64,000 nucleotides of DNA from Candidatus Marinacidobacterium sp. GTDB taxonomy: Bacteria > Acidobacteriota > Vicinamibacteria > Marinacidobacterales > Marinacidobacteraceae. Below are positions 19,297 to 30,049 of the stretch, piece after piece. Where the stretch lies: assembly GCA_965243415.1 (NCBI GenBank), contig OZ251549.1:2290239-2354238 (forward strand). Reading direction: 5' to 3'. Both the position numbers and the translations under genes were made by a program. The stretch's first letter is position 1, and each line of letters begins with the position of its first letter. A model generated the notes under the pieces. It ran no database searches, had not been told where the DNA came from, and saw nothing but the letters and a program-made list of their open reading frames with translations.

Positions 19297-19965
19297 GTGG
19301 TCCTTACGCCGGCGGAAACGGTGCCGATGCCTGCCAGGCGACACCTCTCCGAATCGGGGGACCCGGCGGGGAGCCTCGCGCAACGCCGGTCATCGGAATG
19401 CCGCGTCCGGGAACCTGCGGGTCGCCGGGGAGGCGGAGGGCGCGTCCCTCGGCCGATCGACACCGCGCAGGGAGCGGACCGTATCCGGCGCCGGGAAGTC
19501 GAACGGGAATTTCCGGTTTCGGCGGTCGGCAGCTTTGCTTCCGTCGCGTTCGTAGTCGGCGACGGGTCTTTCTTCATGGGTGAGGACGCGCGCCCCGAGC
19601 GCCCGGCGCTTCGGCATCGCGCACAGTGGGAGAAGCGGATCGAGGATCTACGTTCGTGGGCGGCGGAAGACGGGGAGCCGTTCCGTTCCGAGTCCGAACG
19701 GGATTTCTGGGCGTTCGTCGAGGCGACTCCCGGTGTTCGCCGAGGCGGCCTGGTACTCACGCCCCGCGGAAACCTCCGTGCCGTCTGGGAGGATGGCGCC
19801 GGCCGGCGAGTCGGCATGCAGTTCCTCGGTGGCGGGATCGTGCTGTACGTCATCTGCGGGCCCCGGCCGCGCACTCGGGACTCGTACTTCGTTGGGCGTG
19901 ATGACTTCGAAGGAATCCGACGCCGGATCGATGGTCTCGATCTCCATTCCCTGGTGTACGAGTGA
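19297..19965 (+). CDS. hypothetical protein, paralog of 18121..18750 (start uncertain; ATG 19576 possible)
   Basis: About 80% identity over RP.LRHR..W.KRIEDLRSWA.EDG.PFRSESERDFWAFVEATP.VRRGGLVL. The N-terminal part is poorly supported. Confidence 0.6.
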   Translation: MVLTPAETVPMPARRHLSESGDPAGSLAQRRSSECRVREPAGRRGGGGRVPRPIDTAQGADRIRRREVEREFPVSAVGSFASVAFVVGDGSFFMGEDARPERPALRHRAQWEKRIEDLRSWAAEDGEPFRSESERDFWAFVEATPGVRRGGLVLTPRGNLRAVWEDGAGRRVGMQFLGGGIVLYVICGPRPRTRDSYFVGRDDFEGIRRRIDGLDLHSLVYE

Positions 19966-20286
19966 CGGGGTTCCGGTTCCGGGCAGCGATCTTGGGCGGC
20001 TGTGGTGGGGCGGGCCTGATGCACCGCGAAGAAAACGAGGCAGGGCGTCGTCTCGACGCCGCCCCGCGAGCCGTCCGTTCGTGAGCGGATCCGGATCCGC
20101 GGCGACGCCCGGACGGCGAGTCTTCCGCGCCGTGAGGCGGGCGGGGCGGCTTCGGGCGGGGGTCCGTTCGCCCAGGCTCCCCGGCTCTGTCGGGGCGCGG
20201 CGTCGGCCCCGGGCCCCCGGGTCGGTCGCTCCGCCGGGGCGTCCTCCTCGACCCTGCGCCCGATATACGCTTTTCGGCTGCTGCCG

Positions 20287-21501
20287 ATGACGAACCACCG
20301 AAACGCGCACGCGCCGGCCGCCGGGATCTGGATCCTGGAGGGCGCGCGCACCCCGATGACCACTTTCCTCGGGGGTCTCTCCGGGCTCACCGCGGTGGAA
20401 CTCGGCGCCGAGGCGGCCCGGGGCGCCCTCGACCGCGCCGCCGCGCCCCCGGACCGGATAGACCATGTGGTCCTCGGCAACGCCCAGCAGACGAGCGCCG
20501 ACGCGATCTACGGCGCCCGGCATGTCGGCCTCCGCGCCGGGGTCCCGGAGTCGGTTCCGGCGCTCACGGTGAACCGGCTCTGCGGCTCCGGCATCCAGGC
20601 GGCGATCTCCGGGGCGCACCTGCTGCTCGCCGGGGAGGCGCAGACGGTCCTCGCCGGCGGGATGGAGTCCATGAGCCAGGCGCCCTTCGTGGTGCGCGGC
20701 GCCCGCACCGGGCTGCGCCTCGGCCCCGGCCGGCTGGAGGACACCCTGGTGGCGGCGCTCACCGACGGGCAGTGCGGGCTCACCATGTCCGACACCGCCG
20801 AGAAGGTGGCGGCGAACGCCGGGGTGACCCGGGAGGAGTGCGACGAGTTCGCCTTCCGCAGCCAGCAGGCGGCGAAGGCGGCCGCGGCCTCCGGCGCCCT
20901 CGCCGAGGAGATCGTCCCGGTCACCGTGAAGACGCGGAAGGGCGAGCAGACCGTCACCGAGGACAGCCATCCCCGCCCGGACACCACCCGGGAGGGCCTG
21001 GCGGCGCTCCGTCCGGCGTTCACGAAGGACGGGCTGGTCACCGCCGGGAACGCCAGCGGCATCGCCGACGGGGCTGCGGCGCTGGTCCTGCGGCGGGAGA
21101 ACGGCGCCGCCCCGGAGCGCGAGCCGCTGGGCCGGATCGTCTCCTGGGCCACCGCCGGGGTGCCGCCGGAGGTCATGGGGATCGGCCCGGTCCCGGCGAG
21201 CCGCGCCGCGCTGGCCGCCGCCGGGCTGTCCCTCGACGACCTCGACCGGATCGAAGTGAACGAGGCCTTCGCCCCGCAGTACCTCGCCGTGGAGAAGGAA
21301 CTCGGCCTCGACCGCGACCGGGTGAACCGGAACGGCGGGGCCATCGCCCTCGGCCACCCCCTCGGCGCCAGCGGCGCGCGGCTGCTGCTGACGCTCCTCT
21401 ACGAACTGCGCCGCTCCGGCGGCCGATACGGGCTCGCCACCGCCTGCATCGGCGGCGGGCAGGGGATCGCGATGGTCGTCGAGTCCGGCGGGTCTTCCTG
21501 A
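20287..21501 (+). CDS. acetyl-CoA C-acetyltransferase (thiolase)
   Basis: 404 aa. Active-site NRLCGSG, NEAFA, GGAIALGHPLGASGAR, CIGGGQG. Confidence 0.92.
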   Translation: MTNHRNAHAPAAGIWILEGARTPMTTFLGGLSGLTAVELGAEAARGALDRAAAPPDRIDHVVLGNAQQTSADAIYGARHVGLRAGVPESVPALTVNRLCGSGIQAAISGAHLLLAGEAQTVLAGGMESMSQAPFVVRGARTGLRLGPGRLEDTLVAALTDGQCGLTMSDTAEKVAANAGVTREECDEFAFRSQQAAKAAAASGALAEEIVPVTVKTRKGEQTVTEDSHPRPDTTREGLAALRPAFTKDGLVTAGNASGIADGAAALVLRRENGAAPEREPLGRIVSWATAGVPPEVMGIGPVPASRAALAAAGLSLDDLDRIEVNEAFAPQYLAVEKELGLDRDRVNRNGGAIALGHPLGASGARLLLTLLYELRRSGGRYGLATACIGGGQGIAMVVESGGSS

Positions 21502-21537
21502 GCCGGGCCCGCCGATCGTCTGCCGAGGAAGAGACCG

Positions 21538-22353
21538 ATGACCACCGCCGAGACTGCGCCGGTCGGCCCGGTGCGGACCGAGCGCCGGACGACGCCCGAC
21601 GGCCATCCGGTCGCGCTGGTCACCATCGCCCGGCCGAAGGCGCTGAACGCCCTGAACCGGGAGACGATGGACGCGCTGCAGCAGACCTTCGCGGATCTCG
21701 CCGCCGACACCGAGTCGCGGGCGATCGTCCTCACCGGCGCCGGCGACCGGGCCTTCGTCGCCGGGGCCGACATCCGGGAACTCCGGGACCTCACTCCCGA
21801 ATCCGGGCTCGCGGCGATGCGGCGGGGGCAGGAGATCCTCGGCGCCGTCGAGCGCAGCGAGAAACCGGTGGTGGCGGCCGTCGGCGGGTTCGCCCTCGGC
21901 GGCGGGCTGGAACTGGCGCTGGCCTGCCACCTCCGGGTGGCCACCACGGAGTCGCGGTTCGGCCTGCCGGAGGTGCGGCTGGGGGTGATCCCGGGCTACG
22001 GCGGGACGCAGCGTCTGCCGCGCCTCATCGGTCGGGCGGTGGCTCTCCGGATGATCCTGATCGGCGAACCGATCACCGCCGCCGAGGCGCTCGCGGTCGG
22101 GCTCGTGGATGGTCTGGGTCCGGACCCGGTCGCGGCGGCGCTGGGCCTGCTCGACCAGGTGCTGCGGAACGGCCCGCTCGCGGTCCGCGCGGCGCTCGCC
22201 GCCGTGAACGCCGCCGCCCCCGGCGAGGCGGGACTCGAGACCGGACTCGCCCGCGAGCGGGAGAGTTTCGCCTCCCTCTGCGGCACCGACGACATGCGCG
22301 AAGGGATCGCGGCGTTCCTGGAGAAGCGGAGCCCGACCTTCCGTGGCCGCTGA
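21538..22353 (+). CDS. enoyl-CoA hydratase/isomerase (crotonase) family
   Basis: 271 aa. AFVAGADI, GGGLELALAC, PEVRLGVIPGYGGTQRLPR. Confidence 0.92.
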   Translation: MTTAETAPVGPVRTERRTTPDGHPVALVTIARPKALNALNRETMDALQQTFADLAADTESRAIVLTGAGDRAFVAGADIRELRDLTPESGLAAMRRGQEILGAVERSEKPVVAAVGGFALGGGLELALACHLRVATTESRFGLPEVRLGVIPGYGGTQRLPRLIGRAVALRMILIGEPITAAEALAVGLVDGLGPDPVAAALGLLDQVLRNGPLAVRAALAAVNAAAPGEAGLETGLARERESFASLCGTDDMREGIAAFLEKRSPTFRGR

Positions 22354-22978
22354 CCCCGCCGGCGACGCCGGGGAAGAGGTCGCCGGGCGCGCCCCGGCCG
22401 AAACCGCCCCCGCAGAGCACTCGCCCGCCGAGACCGCCGCGCTTCCGCCCGGTGCGCTCGCCGGTTGCCGATTCGGGATCGTCGTCTCGCTCCGCGACGA
22501 ACCTTCCGGGCGGCTCGCCGACGGGGCCGAATCGTTCCTGACCGAAGCCGGCGCCGTCGTCTCCCGCTGGCCGGCCCTCGGCGCCTTCGAGGTGGCCCAG
22601 TTCTGCGGCTGGCTGGCGGACTCCGGTTGGGTCGAAGCGATCGTCGCCTGCGCCAACATCGTCCGCGGCCAGACCGCCCACGACCGCCACCTGGGGACTG
22701 CGGTGACCGGGGCGCTCCTCGAGATCGGCGTCCGCACCGGCGTCCCGGTGGGGAACGCGGTCCTGACGGTGGAGAGCGCGGAACAGGCGGCGGCCCGCTC
22801 CGGCGGGGAGCGGGGGAACCGGGGAACCGAAGCCGCCCGCGCGGCCGCGCACCTCCTGCTCGCCAGGCGGCGGCTTCCGGCCGGTCGCGGGCGCGTCCCC
22901 CCGGGTGGGCGGTTCGGCGGCGCGGCAACGAGCCCCGGACGCGACCTCGGCCCGCCGGACTTCCCGGGGGTCTCCTGA
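22343..22978 (+). CDS. ribH: 6,7-dimethyl-8-ribityllumazine synthase (start uncertain, likely internal)
   Basis: Core RFGIVVS..GAFE..IVACANIVRGQTAHDRHLG..GVPVGNAVLTVES.EQA..R..NRGTEAA. Followed by nusB, as is usual. Confidence 0.8.
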   Translation: MAADPAGDAGEEVAGRAPAETAPAEHSPAETAALPPGALAGCRFGIVVSLRDEPSGRLADGAESFLTEAGAVVSRWPALGAFEVAQFCGWLADSGWVEAIVACANIVRGQTAHDRHLGTAVTGALLEIGVRTGVPVGNAVLTVESAEQAAARSGGERGNRGTEAARAAAHLLLARRRLPAGRGRVPPGGRFGGAATSPGRDLGPPDFPGVS

Positions 22979-22982
22979 CCCG

Positions 22983-23527
22983 ATGCACACCCTCCTCCGC
23001 ACCCGCCGCCGCGGCCGGGCGCTGGCGGTGCAGATGCTGACCTCCTGGGACGCGAACCCCACCGAGCCGGCCCTCACCATGAAGCGGGTCGCCGCCCTCA
23101 GCCGGGCCAGCGCGGCCACGGTGGGCTTCGCCGAGAAACTGGCCCGGGGCGCCTGGGACCGCCTGGAGCGGATAGACGCCTGCCTCGACGGCGCCCTGGA
23201 GCCCTACTGGAAGGCGAACCTGGGCCGGGTGGAGCGGGGCGTCCTCCGGGTGGCCGTCGGGGAACTCCTCAGCGGCGCCGCTCCCCCGGCGGTGGTCGTC
23301 TCCGAGGCCCTCGAAGTCACCCGCCTGTACGCCGGCGAGGCGGCGGTCCCCTTCGTCCACGGCGTCCTCGACACCGTGGCGCAGCGGAACCGGGCGGCGA
23401 AGAAGGACGCGGGCGCCGAGGAGACTTCCGCTTCCGAACCCGCCGGCGAACCGGCGCCGTCCCCGAAGCGGAAGCGGGCCGCGAAGACCCGCCCGAGAGC
23501 GGCCGCCGCGCCGGAGGAACCGTCCCC

Positions 23528-23531
<4 letters not shown>
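22983..23531 (+). CDS. nusB: transcription antitermination factor NusB
   Basis: ATG 22983. RRRGRALAVQML.., LRVAVGELL, EALEVTRLY, FVHGVLD. ribH-nusB synteny. Confidence 0.85.
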
Positions 23532-25261
<1,730 letters not shown>

Positions 25262-25512
25262 CGGTCTCTTCGAACGGAACGGTCTCCGAGGAACGGCCCC
25301 CGACACGACGACCCGCGGATCCGCCGACCCCGAACCGCCCGCCTCCGAACCGACCGACCCCGAGCCGACCGGCCCCGAACCGCCCGACCCCGAAGAGCCC
25401 GAAACCGAAAAGAACGACGCCGGAAGTGCCCGACCCCGAACCGACCGGCCCCCCCGGCGCGGCCCCCGAGCCCGGTCGGACCGGCCGTCCGCCGCCGCGC
25501 CGCCCCCCCGGG

Positions 25513-26760
25513 ATGGCCGCCCGCCTCGCCGGGGCGCTGCCGTTCGAACTGCAGATCGCCGCCCGCTACCTGATGCTGCACCGGCGCGGCCTGTTCATCT
25601 CGGTGATCTCCGCGGTCTCCGCGGTGGGAGTGGTGCTCGGGGTGGCGATCCTGCTGGTGGCGCTCGCCATCATGACCGGCTTCCAGGGCGAACTCCGCGC
25701 CCGCATCCTGGGGGCGCTCTCGCACCTCACCGTGTACAGCCGTTCCGCCGAGGGTTTCCACGACTACCCCGACGCGATCCGCCTCCTGGAGGAAGTCCCC
25801 GGCGTCGAAGCCGCCGCCCCGGTGATCTACGGCAAGGCGCTCGCCGTCGCCCGCCGCTCGGCGCTGGTGACCCTGAAGGGAGTGGACCCGGAGCGGGAGC
25901 CGGCGGTGAGCGAGTTCGCCGACCGCATGGTCTCCGGGCGGTTCGAAGCCCTCGCCGAACCGCCCGGGACCGAGCCGCCGCCGGTGCTCCTGGGCGAGGA
26001 ACTGGCGCTCTCCCTCGGCGTCGCCCTCGGCGACCCGGTGCGCCTCATCGTCCCCGAAGGCGACCTGACGCCGCTGGGAACCCTCCCGGCCAGCCGCCGG
26101 TTCCGCATGGCCGGCAGTTTCCGCCTGGGCCTCTTCGACTACGACAACGCCTGGGCGCTCATCCCGCTCGCCGACGCCCAGCGGCTGGTCGGCCTCCCCG
26201 GCGAAGCCGGCCGCCTGGAAGCCCGCGCCGAAGACCTCTTCGCGGTGCGCGAAGTGGAAGCCGCCGCCGGCCGGGCGCTGGGCCCCGGCTTCTCCACCCT
26301 GAACTGGATCGACCTCAACACCACCCTGTTCTCCGCCTTCTGGCTGGAGAAGTTGGCGACCGCCCTCTTCGTGAGTTTCATCGTGGGCGTGGCGGCCTTG
26401 AACATCGTCGCCGGGCAGATCGTGACCGTCATCGAGAAGACCCGCGACATCGCCATCCTCCGGGCGATGGGCGCCACCCGGCGCAGCGTGATGGCGCTCT
26501 TCATGGCCCAGGGGGCCCTCATCGGCGTCGCCGGAACCGCGCTCGGCGCGGCGCTCGGGGCCGGCGCCTGCCGCCTCCTCGACGGTCGCATCCGCATCCC
26601 CGAGGATGTCTACCAGATCACCGCGGTGCCCTTCACCCTCCTCCCCGGCGACCTGGCGCTGGTCTGCCTGTTCGCCCCGGTGGTGTGCTTCCTGGCCACC
26701 CTCTACCCGGCCCGCCGCGCGGCGGCGCTGGTCATCACCGACGCCCTCCGCTTCCAGTGA
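25513..26760 (+). CDS. LolC/LolE family lipoprotein-releasing system permease
   Basis: ATG 25513 (MAARLAGALPFELQIAARYL..). MacB/FtsX-type topology. Followed by lolD. Confidence 0.88.
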   Translation: MAARLAGALPFELQIAARYLMLHRRGLFISVISAVSAVGVVLGVAILLVALAIMTGFQGELRARILGALSHLTVYSRSAEGFHDYPDAIRLLEEVPGVEAAAPVIYGKALAVARRSALVTLKGVDPEREPAVSEFADRMVSGRFEALAEPPGTEPPPVLLGEELALSLGVALGDPVRLIVPEGDLTPLGTLPASRRFRMAGSFRLGLFDYDNAWALIPLADAQRLVGLPGEAGRLEARAEDLFAVREVEAAAGRALGPGFSTLNWIDLNTTLFSAFWLEKLATALFVSFIVGVAALNIVAGQIVTVIEKTRDIAILRAMGATRRSVMALFMAQGALIGVAGTALGAALGAGACRLLDGRIRIPEDVYQITAVPFTLLPGDLALVCLFAPVVCFLATLYPARRAAALVITDALRFQ

Positions 26761-27524
26761 CCGCTCCCGACCGAGCCGCCCCCGGCCCCCCCGGGGCGTG
26801 CTTCCTCTCGGCGCGGGGCCTGGTGCGCGGGTTCGGCAGCGGCGCGGCCCGCATCCCGGTCCTCCGCGGCCTCGACTTCGACGCCGCGGCCGGCGAGATG
26901 GTCGCCGTCGTCGGGCGCAGCGGCGTCGGCAAGACCACCCTCCTCCAGGTGCTGGGTACCCTCGACCGCCCCGAGGCCGGGGAACTCCGCTTCGCCGGCG
27001 AGGACGCCGCCTCCCTGGCGGAACGCCCGGGCGCCGCGTTCCGCAACCGCTCGGTGGGCTTCGTCTTCCAGCACCACCGCCTCCTCCCCGAACTCAGCGC
27101 CGTCGAGAACGCCTCCCTCCCGCTCCGCATCCGCCGGGTGGCCCGCTCCGCCGCCGAGGCCCGGGCGGCGGCGCTCCTCGCCGACCTGGGTCTCGAAGGC
27201 CGCCTGCACCACCGCCCCGAGGAGTTGAGCGGCGGGGAGCAGCAGCGGGTGGCGGTGGCGCGGGCGCTCGCCGGGGACCCGGGCCTGCTGCTCGCCGACG
27301 AACCCACCGGCAACCTCGACGACGAGGCCTCCGCCCTGCTCATGGACCTCCTGCTGCGCCTCCACCGGGCGCGGGGCCTGACCTCGATCATCGCCACCCA
27401 CAGCGGCGGCGTCGCCGGCCGATGCGACCGGGTCCTGCGGCTCGAAGGGGGCGTCCTGCGCCCGGCGGCGGACGGCCCCGGCCCGCTGCTGCTAAATTCC
27501 GGCCCGGCAGCAGATCGGCCGTAA
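26757..27524 (+). CDS. lolD: lipoprotein-releasing ABC transporter ATP-binding protein
   Basis: GTG 26757 overlaps the upstream stop. Walker A GRSGVGKTT, signature LSGGEQQR, Walker B LLLADEPTGNLD. Confidence 0.9.
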   Translation: MTAPDRAAPGPPGACFLSARGLVRGFGSGAARIPVLRGLDFDAAAGEMVAVVGRSGVGKTTLLQVLGTLDRPEAGELRFAGEDAASLAERPGAAFRNRSVGFVFQHHRLLPELSAVENASLPLRIRRVARSAAEARAAALLADLGLEGRLHHRPEELSGGEQQRVAVARALAGDPGLLLADEPTGNLDDEASALLMDLLLRLHRARGLTSIIATHSGGVAGRCDRVLRLEGGVLRPAADGPGPLLLNSGPAADRP

Positions 27525-27544
27525 CCGCCCGCGGGTCATTCGCA

Positions 27545-30049
27545 GTGTTCGAGCGTTACACGGAGAGCGCCAAGCGGGTCATCTTCTTCGCCCGCCACGA
27601 CGCCTCCCAACTCGGCGGGGACGCCATCGAGGCCGAACACCTGCTGCTGGGCCTCCTCCGGGAGCCGGAGGGCCTGACCGCGGCGCTCTTCAGCCGCCTC
27701 CACATCTCGCCCGACCAGATCCGGCGCGAGGTGAGAAGCCATGTCCTCCTCCGGGACTCGGTCTCGACCTCGGTGGAGATCCCGCTTTCGGCGGAGACCA
27801 AGCGGGTCCTCCAGAACGCCCGGGAAGAGGCCGACCGGATGCGCAGCGAGAGCATCGGCACCGAGCACCTGCTGCTGGGGATCGTCGGCGCCCAGGGTTC
27901 GGCGGCGGCGCAGATCCTGGCCCGCCAGGGCGTCCGCCCGGCGGTGGTGCGGGAGGCGATGGACTCCCGGGCGCTCCGCCGCGCCCCCAAGAAGAACCGG
28001 GAGACGCCGCTCCTCGCCGAGTTCTCCCAGGACCTCACCCAGGCCGCGGCGGAGGGGAAACTCGACCCGCTCATCGGCCGCGGCCCGGAGTTGGAGCGGG
28101 TGATCCAGGTCCTCTGCCGCCGCACCAAGAACAACCCGGTGCTCATCGGCGAGCCGGGCACCGGCAAGACCGCCATCGTCGAAGGACTCGCCAGCCGGAT
28201 CGTGAGCGGCGACTGCCCCATCTTCCTCTCCGACCGCCGCATCCGCGCGCTCGACATCTCGCTGGTGGTCGCCGGCACGAAGTACCGCGGCCAGTTCGAG
28301 GAGCGGCTCAAGGCGATCCTGAAGGAACTCCGCGAGGCCTCGGACTGCATCATCTTCGTGGACGAACTCCACACCCTGGTGGGCGCCGGTTCCGCCGAGG
28401 GCTCCCTCGACGCCGCGAACATCCTGAAACCGGCGCTCTCCCGCGACGGCATCCAGTGCATCGGCGCCACCACCCCGGCCGAGTACCGGATGCACATCGA
28501 ACGCGACCGCAGTCTGGCGCGCCGCTTCCAGGGCGTCCGGGTGAACGCCCCCACCGACGAGGAGACCGTGGTCATCCTCGAAGGCGTCAAGGAGCGGTAC
28601 GAACGCTTCCACCGGGTGCGCTACGCCCCCGAGGCGATCGGGGCGGCGGTGCGCCAGGCGCAGCGGTACCTCACCGACCGGTTCCTCCCGGACAAGTCGG
28701 TGGACCTCCTCGACGAAGCCGGCTCCCGGGTGAAACTGCGCGACAACCGGCTCTCCAACGAGTTCAGCGAAGTGCGCAAACGGATCCGCGACATCCGCCG
28801 GCGGAAGGACCGCGCCTTCGGCGAGAACGACCTGGAACGGGCCTCGCTGGCGCAGGACGAAGAGAACGGCGAACGGGAGACCCTGCGGGCGCTCAAGCGG
28901 GAATGGCAGGAGCGGGACGCCGAACGCCCGCTGGTCACCCGCCGGGACATAGACGAAGTGGTGGCCCACTGGACCGGCATTCCCCTCGGCTCCATCGAGG
29001 AAGAGGAAGGCCGCAAACTGCTCCGCATCGAGGAGGAACTCCACCGCCGCATCGTGGGCCAGGAGGAAGCGGTGCGGGGGGTGGCGAAGGCCATCCGCCG
29101 GTCGCGCGCCGGTCTCAAGAACCCCCAGCGTCCCGGCGGCGTCTTCCTCTTCCTCGGCCCTTCCGGGGTGGGGAAGACCGAAGTGGCCCGCTCGCTGGCG
29201 GAGTTCCTGCTGGGAACCGAACAGTCCCTGCTGCGTTTCGACATGAGCGAGTACCTGGAGCGCCACTCGGTCTCCCGGCTCATCGGCTCGCCCCCGGGCT
29301 ATGTCGGCTACGGCGAAGGCGGCCAACTCACCGAACGCGTCCGGCGGAACCCGTACTCGGTGCTGCTGCTCGACGAGATCGAAAAGGCGCACCCCGATGT
29401 CTGGAACCTGCTGCTGCAGGTCTTCGAGGACGGCCGGCTCACCGACGGCCTCGGCAACACGGTGGACTTCAAGAACGCCATCATGATCATGACGAGCAAC
29501 ATCGGCGCCCGGGGCCTGCAGAAACAGGCGGCGCCCGGTTTCGCCCCGGCGGACCCGGCGCGCCGGGCCCGGGCGATGCGGGAACTGGTCCGGGCCGAAG
29601 TGAAGCAGACCTTCAGTCCCGAATTCCTGAACCGCATCGACGCCACCATCGTGTTCGACCCGCTGACCCGGGAGGACCTGGCCGCGATCCTGCGCAGGAT
29701 GATCTCCCGGATGAACGCCGACCTCGCCGACCGCGGCCTCTCGGTGAAGTTGACCCCCGAGGCCGAGGACTTCCTCACCCGGGTGACCCTGCGCGACCCG
29801 GCCTACGGCGCCCGGCCGCTGCGCCGCGCCCTCCAGAAGTATGTGGAGGATCCGCTCTCGGAAGCGGTGCTCACCGGCGAAGTGGGCCCCGGCGGCGGCC
29901 CGGTGGAACTCGACTACCGCCCGAAACCGGCCCTGCCCGAGGGCGCCGGCGGGGGCGGGGAAGCCGGCGATCCGGAGGCCGGGGAACTCGGCGAACTGGT
30001 GGTCCGCACGCGGGAAGGAACCCGCGAACTGGAGGAGGCGCTCGTATGA
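27545..30049 (+). CDS. clpC: ATP-dependent Clp protease ATP-binding subunit (ClpC type)
   Basis: GTG 27545 (VFERYTESAKRVIFFA). Double Clp_N repeat, two AAA+ modules (GEPGTGKT; GPSGVGKT), middle UVR-like segment. Confidence 0.92.
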   Translation: MFERYTESAKRVIFFARHDASQLGGDAIEAEHLLLGLLREPEGLTAALFSRLHISPDQIRREVRSHVLLRDSVSTSVEIPLSAETKRVLQNAREEADRMRSESIGTEHLLLGIVGAQGSAAAQILARQGVRPAVVREAMDSRALRRAPKKNRETPLLAEFSQDLTQAAAEGKLDPLIGRGPELERVIQVLCRRTKNNPVLIGEPGTGKTAIVEGLASRIVSGDCPIFLSDRRIRALDISLVVAGTKYRGQFEERLKAILKELREASDCIIFVDELHTLVGAGSAEGSLDAANILKPALSRDGIQCIGATTPAEYRMHIERDRSLARRFQGVRVNAPTDEETVVILEGVKERYERFHRVRYAPEAIGAAVRQAQRYLTDRFLPDKSVDLLDEAGSRVKLRDNRLSNEFSEVRKRIRDIRRRKDRAFGENDLERASLAQDEENGERETLRALKREWQERDAERPLVTRRDIDEVVAHWTGIPLGSIEEEEGRKLLRIEEELHRRIVGQEEAVRGVAKAIRRSRAGLKNPQRPGGVFLFLGPSGVGKTEVARSLAEFLLGTEQSLLRFDMSEYLERHSVSRLIGSPPGYVGYGEGGQLTERVRRNPYSVLLLDEIEKAHPDVWNLLLQVFEDGRLTDGLGNTVDFKNAIMIMTSNIGARGLQKQAAPGFAPADPARRARAMRELVRAEVKQTFSPEFLNRIDATIVFDPLTREDLAAILRRMISRMNADLADRGLSVKLTPEAEDFLTRVTLRDPAYGARPLRRALQKYVEDPLSEAVLTGEVGPGGGPVELDYRPKPALPEGAGGGGEAGDPEAGELGELVVRTREGTRELEEALV

